A DNA stretch of 64,000 nucleotides from Balanoglossus misakiensis (taxonomy: Eukaryota; Animalia; Hemichordata). A program made the position numbers and the translations under genes. The stretch lies in the NCBI GenBank assembly GCA_040954595.2, contig CM082594.2:6530840-6594839 (forward strand), written 5' to 3'. The notes under the pieces were generated by a model that ran no database searches, was not told where the DNA came from, and saw only the letters and a list, made by a program, of their open reading frames with translations. Below are positions 53,001 through 64,000 of the stretch, piece after piece. Within the stretch, counting starts at the first letter, position 1, and every line of letters starts with the position of its first letter.

Positions 53001-55575
53001 TTGCAGCCATTCCAATACTACCTCCAGGGCCTGCCTTGCGTGCATGAATGCTCTCTTGTGGGGGGCTAGGCCGGTGGGCAGAGATCTGATCTGAGAATGC
53101 CACATCTGACCACAGAATAGCATTAAGTCAAAAGTTTAAAGAATCAATTTACTGGTGAAGGGAGCTTAGGTCAACATTTGGCCACTCTCATCTCTGGGGT
53201 CATAGTGGAAATGTTAAAAACAACAACAATGTATCTTGTAACACATGGAAATTCTAGAAAGCCCAAGGTTTTGAAACGGTTCCAAAATGGTTTTTAAATC
53301 AAAGAATTGGAACTTGTTTTATATTAATCATAGATGAAATGAAAAATGATAAGATGTACATCATGGAATTGGAAATCTTTCCATATTTGGCTGAACCTTC
53401 TCACAACAAAATGCACTTTATAGGAATTGAATCATTCAACTTTTGTCAAGATTTGAACATCTATGAACAATACAATTCCCAAAACTTTAATTATTGAATG
53501 GGTATAGAAGTGATCTGATAGTATTATTGGCAGTATAATAATATAAAGCGTGAATTCGAACATATTTTTTTTTAAATTGCAGTCGTAGAAGCATGTCTGT
53601 AGCATCAAATCTGCCTGCTATAAGCTGTCTTATCGGAGTGTGCATACATCACATACATCACCTACAGCTTCTGTCTGAGGGCGACCGCTTTTCTGTACTG
53701 TTCTAGTTTTCTTCACGCGTCTAAATGGGTCATTAGGTCAATTTGTAGACTGTCGGTCTCTGGTATGTTTCTGAGAAACAAAAGGTATTGCACGTTTGCC
53801 ACGGTACATTTTCCCTGTCCGTGCTGTGTCGAGAATTGGTTAAATTTTTGTTTTCATTTCCTGCAGCGACAGGCATAAGCTATCCTGTTTTGCGCCAATT
53901 GTTTTCATTAGAATTTAATATAGGTTAATTTTTAAAACAAAAATGACAATTTATGTAAAAATGTTTCTTGAAAGATTATATTTTATGTTTTTCAAAATTG
54001 TACAAATTTGTTTGATATGTAGGTACTTTTTCCACATTTGTTCTCAAACAGATTGTTCTATGCACATACATATGGGCTGATTTGTTAATTTTTAAGCAAA
54101 GTGAGATTCACATATGTTTTTAAAAATTATAATTCTTTTATAAAAAATGTTAATTTTATAATATATATTTATGAATGTATATATAATATGCCTGTGGTCC
54201 AAAAATTTAAGATTACATGTATTGATGGCAAAAGAAAGATAACGACTACCAGTGTATTATAATTCTGTTTCCACAGTTCTAGTAAGTAAGTGACAATGTG
54301 AATTTTGCACGAATTTTGCCATATGAATTGCAATGGTAGTGGGTTTGACAAAGTAACGAGTGTTGGGAAGGTTAATTACTATATTATGTTGGCTACAAAC
54401 AGTGAATGTCTGTGGACGTGCGAAAATAATTTGGAGTTAATTGGCCGAGATATTGAGAAAAGATAACTTAAAGTAGATATTGCCATAGATGTCGATGTAA
54501 AGAAAATATATCACTATTAGGTTGGGTTCTTAAGGCTTGGCTGAACAAATGTCAAGGGCATTCGAAATGAAGTTCACTATTTATGAAAAATGGTCCCATT
54601 AATATAGTGTGCATTGGGGGCTGTCATCAATATTTTGTTAAATGAACTTGTCATCATGCTCCTTTCATTTCACAAGTAAAACGGCTTTTAAATGAAGATG
54701 CCTTGGAGCGGGTTTCAAAAGATATTGATGATAAATCATATGAATGATGAACTCGGGGAAAATCAATTACAGTTTTGCATGTTTCGAGAATGCAGTACAT
54801 GTATGTTGGTTTATTGTTTCTTTCCTCTGTGATTTGAAAATGATGGCTGTCTCATGCATTTTTTTTAAATTCCTCAGGATGCTTGTGTGGAAGGCACAAA
54901 AATATTAATGTGATCGTGTTCATTTCCTTCTTAACACCAAATAAAACTGAGATACCGTTGCAATACAACTTAATGTTTTGACATTATTTCTGTGGGAAAA
55001 GTTTTACTTACAGACAAAATATAGAATATGTGTAAACCACAAAAGCGAAGCATTGTAGAACTGTATCACTGAACGCTCTTACCCCTCACGTGTGCTTATG
55101 TCCTATATGAGGAAGTGGGAAGTATATGGGATTATCCCATTTGGTGTAAAAGAGGGGGGTGGACAGGTTCAATTTAGCATACATGAAGTCTGTATTTGAG
55201 CAACAGTGTGTGAATGGGTTGGTATAGCTGGGAGACATTGAATGATTGATATGGCGACACTTTTGCACAGAAAAAGAAAGATTTCAAAAGAGCTCATGTT
55301 TATATAAATGTCCAAGCTGCAGAGCATTTCATAGTGGTTGAGTAATTGTTACAGTGTTATCAGTGGTTTACCACAAAACAAACACTCTAGAAGTAGGTGT
55401 GGAAATGTTTGCAAATGTTATTTACCTGGGAAAAAATGTTCTGTTTTGGGTTGGTTGTTTTTCAGCAGGAATATTAAGATTATCAAGGAGATATAAACTC
55501 AGACGTCTATTTAGTGGTTGAAATTTCCAGACTTATTTTATTTAATTAGTGGCGCCTTGATTATAATCTGGTTAT

Positions 55576-55616
55576 GTGGTGGTGGTGGTGGTGGTGATGA
55601 TGATGATGATGATGAT
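55576..55616. repeat. (GGT)n(GAT)n compound microsatellite
   Basis: Directly visible. Confidence 0.9.
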
Positions 55617-58600
55617 TGAGCACTGCCATTGAAGTAAAGCATAACATGTCTTTGATGTGAATTGAATGAACGGTAGTAATGTGCTGTACATACATGTAAT
55701 ATGTATTGACCTACTTCGAAAGTGACCCGGTCAGTTCTCGTGTATTCATTTTCATTAAAAAGAGAGAAGTAAATAAATCGTGAATATGAAGTAATTTTCT
55801 GTTTCGTAAATGTCATGATGATAATTTATCGATCAATCAATTACTTTAGCGTAGCGCACGGTGCTTGCATTTTGAACAAATTCGCCATGGAAAAATTAAA
55901 TGCATTTGTCAACCAAAATTAACGTCTGGCATACTGCAATTTGAAAACCGCTATGTTTCTGAAGAGAAAAGTTGCACGTGCAGTTCAGATGACCATGAAT
56001 CCCTTTCAATAAATGGAACTAAAATATAGTTAAAATATTTTTTCAAAGTTAAAGTTCACGAAAACATTATTGGCATTGTTCGGTGTTCATGGTGACCTCG
56101 CCAACCAATGGCTGGTATATCAAAGTAATGCTGGAATGTGATAAAAAAGTAACAAATCGTTTGCCATGATATAGACACATGTATATTGCAACAGTTACAC
56201 TTTGCGATCATTTTGGTGAGTGTCCTATGGGAATCATGCCCACGGCTATGTAGAAATCAATTCATGAAAGTTTTTTATGAAAACCTCCAGCATATCAATC
56301 ATCATAGCCTGTGAGCACAGAACAATGAAATGACTGATAGAACCTAACTGTCTGAGGTGTATAGTGTCGTGAGGTTCATTTCTGTTGAACGAGACAGTAT
56401 ATTTGATAAGGAGACCAGTGTTCGTATCAAGTTGGGTTGATATTTGAGACACTGCCACTGTGGGGTTGTCTAATCATTGACAGTCCACTAAACTATCATC
56501 AATGTATACAAAATACTTCAATGTCAGTGTCACCTTGTTCGACCTTGAAGAGGATAGTTTTGCCCCACCCCATGTGCAGAAGACCAGGGTGATCACTTTG
56601 CATGTCTATGCTTTATGATGTGCTGGTCTAGTGCATTCCTCTGTCAACTCATTTGTCTGTCTGTCCATCAATTTGTCCCAGCAATATCAGAGAAAGTACA
56701 AAACAGAATGTTGTAGTTTGTCCAGAAGGACAATGTACATTCCATTAACAAAGATGAGCTAAAACTATTTACAATAGAAAAAAGATGATTGTCAATTGCA
56801 AAGTCTAAATTTAATATTTGCACTAATGCCATTGGGTTAGTTGAATCATCATTCCCATAGATTCTCTTATTTCAGAAAGCTGCATGGATATATGTGCTTT
56901 CAAATATCTATTATAGATAGATATAGGACTCCCTGGTGGTTTTGATTGAATCAAATTATTTCGTTCAGTTTTTCATTAAAGCTCGACGACCTTTCATTGC
57001 ATGGGAAATCGGGTTACCATCAACTTAATAGTGCATCGGACGTGTCAGAAAAAAGTCAGTTTGGCTTTAAAGGATGCACAGTGTATCAGGTACCGGCATG
57101 CCTTATACAAGTGCCCTGTTGAAATTTCTCTCAGTGGAGCACGGTTTCCTTTCTGTCACCAGATCAGAGAGACTATATGGTGTATCAGATTACTCACAGG
57201 GCAGTGGAAGTGAGGACAGGCACTGTGAAAATTGTATCTGGATGACAACGATTTCGATGAATTTTATATAATGTTAGAATCTTCTCTTTGCCATTTGTGA
57301 TCTCCACATCACTGCCTAGTTTGGTGTTTCTGACACCCCCCCCCCCCCAAAAAAAAAAATGCCCAGCAAAGTCACATAACTGTAACGGCGTTCCTTTTGA
57401 AATTTAAAGTAGCATGATGCTGCATCAGAATTGCTGAATAAAATGAAAATTGAATGTAAGGTTATGTTTTTGTTTGGGTTCGTACAACAAAAAAGGCATC
57501 GAACTAGGGCTACATTACGACCAACGATTTAGAACTTTCTCCTGAGGAAATTTTTTTCTGTGAGGTTGGGCCACATGATCCACCCATGTTTTCCTATTCT
57601 GTGTGCTGGACCTTTACAAGCTGGAATGTTTGCATTGTATGTTGATCCTGCCAGATTGATGACTTAATAATTGCTCCCTCGAGGATTGGTCCAACTGTGA
57701 AGTCATTTAGTGGAAACAATCATTTGCACAGGAGTGGAAAGATACAATACATTTGACCTTGACCTTATGAAACATCAGCTATAAATGTCCAATATTCTGA
57801 AGTTCATCTGATTTCAATGAAAATGCATGATTGACCTGTGCTTCTGACACCTCTCTCTAGAGGACAAGTTGGTTTTTCAATTTGAAAGTTACGTTTTTAA
57901 GATATGTTCCCTGTGTATACTTATAAGAGTTGAACTATCAGGAATGCAGTGAATTTCATTTGTATTAGAGACACCTTCCTATTAAAGACGTACATTCTGT
58001 TCTCGAGGTGATGGTGCCCTTAATCAATCTGCAATGTAATCCACTCTTTGAACTTAAAAGTTCTGTATGTTCTGTAGAACTCACAAGATCCTATTTTGGT
58101 ATTCTAATACTGAAATTTGATCACAAAAATTCAAGTGAACTTTTACAGTACAAGTTGATTGTCTTGGGAGTTTTTGTTTTAGACAGTGACCTCAGTTGCA
58201 CAGCTGAGTGGCTGCGTCAATTTCTCAGCCTTTACAAATCAGCTGTCATTACACTTGACACATCCCTGGGACCACATACTGGCTTCCACAATAGCTGCTA
58301 AATACAGGGTGATATAAATCAGATTGGATGGGTTAAGTTGGTCATGTACTTGATCTCTGTGGACATCTGCCTGTCAGTAAATAGTTTTTGTAATGAATGT
58401 GCAACTGTAATGTTGGATTTGATAAGAACCTATGCTTTGTAAATAAACATACTTCTAGGTCATCACTCTTCAGAGTGTGTATTTTTTCAAACACTTTCAT
58501 ACATTTACAAATGCTGGATTATTGTGTTAGGGCTAGAATAATTTCAATGTATATATTTCTTTAAAGCCACCCCTCTCATGTCTTGTGTAGAAAAAAAAGT

Positions 58601-61600
58601 TACTTTCTTGAAATGGAGAAACTGGACGTGAGGTAACTCTGCATGACAGGGCTGTGTTTTTGTTACTGGCTGTTGGAGGCACAGCCGGTAACAATTTAAC
58701 ACAGCCTTGCCACGCGGAGATCAGCAGTTGTATAGCTTGGCAAATATAACAAATAGAATTATTTCCAGCTCTGTATAGACATTTTCAGCCGACTCAACAG
58801 CCAAGGTCAAGTTTATCGGCCAGTGTGCCCTGTCACAGTGTCAGTGTGGTGTTTCCACGTTCCAACAGCCTGGCATATAATATGTCACCTGCATATGTGA
58901 CCTTGTAAATTGTATCATGTACAACTACATGCGGCTGGTAGTTTTCCAGCATGCTGGTACTGTACGTATTAAAGATTGACCTTGCGACAGCCTTTCTACA
59001 TGAAAACTGAAATAAAGCTAGTGTGTGTACAGAAAATAGACCTGACTGAAGTATATAGATTTTGTTTGTGTTGTTGTTTGTTTGTTTGTGTTGTGTTGTT
59101 TTGTTTTGTTTGATTAATTGGTTGGTTGGTTTACATGGGATGCACAGGTTCCATTATAGTATACAATGGGATCATCCTCTTGTGGAATGATAAATCAGTG
59201 CATTAAAATGTCAACCAACAATTATATCTGTAGAAATTTAAACTGCATTGATCTGCTGGCTGATATGACAAAGAGGAATGATGCATTTCCTTTGCACCGG
59301 GAACTGCTGCTAGGTAGATTATCGTTAATGGGTCAATTGTAGTCTCAACCTTGAATGTTTAACCTCACTGCACAGGAGCATATGGAGTGAAAGTGACAAG
59401 GCTGAATGTGATGGGTTGGATGAAAGAGAACCTGTTTAAGGTGGTTGGAAAGGCTAGGGCGTCAAAGTTAAAAGGCAATTCAGATCACACAGACACAGCT
59501 TGCTCAATTCCGGGAATAAAATTAGAATATAATTGGAATTCTGGGAATATAACTGAAATATCAAAATAAATGGAGATGCATGCTGAGCCATAAGGTACTG
59601 ATGAATTCAAATCGTGACAATACTTAAATTTAATCACCAGTTCTGGGAATCCATGTTTCGGTGAAATGAATAAAACATGTTTTATGGCAAGTACTGAGAA
59701 TTCAACTTATCAGAATACACATACAGTATGGTCATTTTTTTCATAAAAATGAGGTTCAGTTGTAAACTTTTTTGTAAAGATAAATATTTTGCTTGTTTAG
59801 AACTCAATTATAGATGCATGTTTGGATGTTATTTTATTCACAGTTTTTATTCTACAGATCAACTGCAGTTTCTTGTTTGACTCTCTAAAGAACGATGACA
59901 TGTCAGACATAACAGCTCATCAACACAGCCCATATGTGTCACAGTGTAATCAACATCGTTATTGTTGAAATTTAAAACAAGTCTGGATGTGAATTCATTT
60001 TTCAACAATAGCAATGGTCGTAATATGACATGCAAGTTATGCTGACAAGAAGAATTAGTGGGGGTGTCTGAAGTTGGCAAGAGAATTTAAGATGATATAA
60101 ATTAAAAAATGAAAAATACTGGAGAAAATTGCCAAAAGTTACAGTATGTCCCTTTAAGTGCATTCTGTTGTCAATGGAAGCGGCTTTTTTTCAGATGACA
60201 AATTTTGATTCGAATTTATCGGAGGGAAGGTGAGTATGAAGCAGTCAAGGTAACATCAACCTTGAACTTGTAGCCAGCCAGTGAAGATGACCCTTAGCTA
60301 GATGTGTGTGAAAGGAGATGCCTAAGTATAACTCAGCTGCCAGTACATTTCACTGTTTAGTGTACAGTCCTTTAATAGCTGCCAGAAGTTATTGCTATTA
60401 TTTGTCTATCTTTAGAAATCTCATCAAATTTCTCTCATACTTTAAAGCGTACTATACATTACATGTTATGAGTGCAGTTGTACAATGCATGGGGTGGATG
60501 TTGAATAACTTGCCGTAATAAGTGATAAAATAATGTTTCTGCAGCTGGGTAATTCTGGATTCTAGTTTTTATGTCCTGAGATATTGGCACACAAATTGTA
60601 CTGAGTTAAAATAATTAAATTTGATTGTGATAATTTAAACTAGAAAAGAATGTTTTTCCCCAAAAAGATACAGATCCATACCCTTATACGGTATGGTTAA
60701 AAAATCTGGCCTTTTTACTACACCAAGCTAATTTAAAGAATTGGTTTTATGCGTCTTTGTAAGTTTCTTGAGTCGGATCAAAGGAATTACAGAATACATG
60801 GATACATATTGGATACATATGCTGTGACTTAATTGTTAGTTACAGGAGAATTACACTGTTCTATATTTCCTGCTGAATATCAATGGTCTTATATCTTTTC
60901 CCCTTTAAAGTGAATGCAGCTCAAAATCCCATGCTGTGTAATCTAAAGCTTTGCGGAGCGATTTCAAGTGTCCCTTTTTATTGCACAATGTGAAAGAGAT
61001 GGAAAATCCCGTTCACACCTGAGTCAAGCGCATGAATGTATGAAACCTGCCAAGCTGTTTGTCTGTGGCGATGAAAGAATTGTGGCGGTGGCTGGCAAGT
61101 AACAGCCAACGCTGTGAAAAGATGGCCTTGACATGAGGCTTGACCCCGTGAAGGCCGATTTGCATACTGGTTGTGAGCCTGCCCGTTTATTGTAAGGTGC
61201 AAGCCTGTGATGAATGTCTTTATGGCCCCCGTCCATTCCAATATCGTCAATGTCAACATTGTTCACCGTTCACCAAATTACATTTCTCTAACACTAGTGC
61301 CAGCATCGATTTGTCGCTGTACTAAGCTTCGGGGCTTCCTGCTGGGTAACATGCGTTTAAAAGGAAACCATTTTGTTTTCTCCTTTACAGAAATCCATTT
61401 CAGTTTGCGCAACGAACGATAAAACTATACTAACACCACATTCTGTTAACTTTGTTAATGACCTTAAAAAGGTCAAACACAATTCTCAGTCAGCTGATTT
61501 TTTAAATTGCTCACTGATTAATTTTCAAATTGTTCGCCGATTATTTCCAGCATATATCGTAATCGATGAACTCTCCTTCCTCTGATTTATGAGCTAGCGT

Positions 61601-64000
61601 CACCTGGCAACACTTTGCAGTTTGAAAAATTTATGACTACAACTACTTTCTGAAACATGAAAAGTTTTTTTGAATATTGCAAAATACCTTCAGGTAAACA
61701 TTCAACACTCCTGCATATTCATTTCATGCTTATCAGTTTCATGATATTCATTTTTAATTACACTTTGCATCCAAATTGGAATTTGATCATATGAGGCAAG
61801 ACAAGGTGGTTTATCTTTTGAGGAATTGTCATCTTTTTATTTTTATGTTCAGCACAGCTCAAAAAATGGTGTTCATACACTTCGTTTTTTCACTGTCAAT
61901 TTGTCTTCGGTTCAAAAGAATTTTTTTTTAAATAATAATTTTTGTTTGAGTTTCAATTTAAAGAGAGTTGGAAATAAAAAATATTCTTGTTTTGATTGGC
62001 TGTTGGCTGTCTAAAATTGGTTAGTGGTTGCAATAAAATATATTTATGTTGATGATAAAAATTATGTTAATGCAATAACATAGTATGAAAAATACCATAC
62101 TTTCATTACATGCCATTGTTGCCATGGAATTATTGAAATTAGCCATGTGAATTTCATCATGCTTTTTCTCATAGGAAATTTGCGTTACATCTGTACTGCA
62201 TTGAGTTTAAATAAAGTATGTTAAACCTCAGGATTTGCAATGGTATTATTATATTGATCCTGGTATGATGGATATTGCACCATGCACTGCAATTACTGTT
62301 GTCATGGAGATTAAACAAAAACATGTTTTGATAGTGTGCTTATTCAGTTGACAACGCAATAGGAACATTTCACAGTATGAATGCACGTAAAGTGTAATTA
62401 CTACATATCAATGCAGGTAGGAGGAACGAACAAATATCTTTTCCAATGGTTTAATCGGAAGAATAGATATTATTAACATAATGGAATGATATTGCCTGCT
62501 ATATTATATGTTTTAAAAATATTTCAATGTAATTACTTTATTAAACGTCTCATAAAGGTCAAAGTCGATTAAAATGAGAAGTCAATCTCACTGACAAACA
62601 AAAATGATTAAATTTTGGAATTAACCAGCTGAACTTGAGTTGGAAGAAAAGTTGCACATGACATCACTCGACACCTTGAGGTCAGGGCGCATAGGGTCAA
62701 TCTGATATTGTGCAGAATCGACTCGAGTTACAAATTGAAGAGATAATTATATTGATCAAGACAATTTGATATTGACTTAAAAATGACACTGCTGTTTAGC
62801 TCTGGCCATTATCAAAATATGCAATTAGAATAAGAACGAGTGTCTTTGGAGATACCCTCCGAGACACTTTTTAACGAGGCTGTTTGTTTTTAGGGCTGAT
62901 GATTTGTGGGGGAATTAGCATTAGGATTAGAGTTCATTCACTCCGTTTCAGTTTTAATAGTTTAATTTTTTTATAAAAGCTCAGTGGCAAAACAATAAAA
63001 TATTCTTTGTTGTATGCTAGCTGCTATAAATCAATTGTCTCCATACATGTATGTGTACAGTTGCAGTCAGCTGTCGCAGTATAGCCGTAAAGTGCTGTTG
63101 AATATATAAGATGATCTTATTGTGGTGGAAGAGTACATGCTGGATTGACATTATACGACCGTGTTAAATTTTATGGCATTTTTTGCACAGGGTTGAGAGG
63201 CCCATGAGCTGATATTGATGATTTCACGACCAAATTGAATTGACACCAGCCACTTTTGATAGGAGAAGAAGATACAGATAATATTGAATGAAGAAAATAA
63301 AAAAAAATGCATTCTACTGACTTGTTGTAATGTATTAATTACCATAAAACTCTGAGAAGTTACAAATTATGCTCCAATTATGCTGAACTGAGCTAAGCTG
63401 TTCTATTTTGTTATCATGAAGATGTTAGAAGCAACCTCTCAGTTTCAATCCCCACAATTTTGATCAAATTTCCATGCAAATCCGTTGCAAAACATAATTT
63501 GATTTGCCTCAGTTAAAGATTTACAATTCCACTCATGCAAGAGTATTTGAATTGGTGCGTACAAAAGTTGCACCGTATTAGACATCTTTTTTTTCATCAA
63601 ATGCAAACAGGCAAAGACGGAATCCTTTTTAATATTGCATTGTAGAAAAACAGGTTACCATGGACACATTTATGGTTTTTCTATAGCATGTGTTTCAAAG
63701 AAAACTGTAATTACCGTGATAAGTCTTAAGACACCCCCGGTGAGTAATTCTTGCCAAGATAAGTAAGTGAGCCTGAGTGAGTTGGCATTGACATTGCCAT
63801 GGTTACTGGGCTTTCAGCGCAAATACAACACAATGGTAATTTCTGTGCGTCACGCAACTAGATTATCCCGACTGTGTTGAAGCGTAGGATTTGTTGCGTT
63901 GTCATGTGGAGAATTGTACCAATGACCCGGGCTTTTAAGGACATGGTGTATCTGCGTTATTAGGCCATGTATTGTTTGCTTGTGTGGTGAATAAGGACCA

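Overview
Eukaryotic (animal) genomic DNA with spliceosomal introns, microsatellites and a satellite array. Nothing here looks prokaryotic. An invertebrate deuterostome source is an inference only. Main content: (1) an 88-bp tandem satellite array at 1-~3945; (2) an 11-exon + strand gene (6579-30349) that I assembled by hand from GT-AG boundaries into a 455-aa secreted acidic protein resembling vertebrate secretogranin III (SCG3), with a CRE/TATA-like promoter and eight perfect CRE palindromes across the locus; (3) a ~310-bp double-inverted-repeat non-autonomous element at ~42.0-42.3 kb; (4) a - strand gene with one large coding exon (43458-45476) encoding a DUF3987/YfjI-like AAA+ protein, with a spliced 5' UTR that suggests a domesticated virus- or mobile-element-derived helicase; (5) a probable first exon of a third gene near 50 kb, followed by CpG-poor intron-like DNA. 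Most short ORFs in the supplied track are spurious. All homology calls come from recalled motifs, not database searches.
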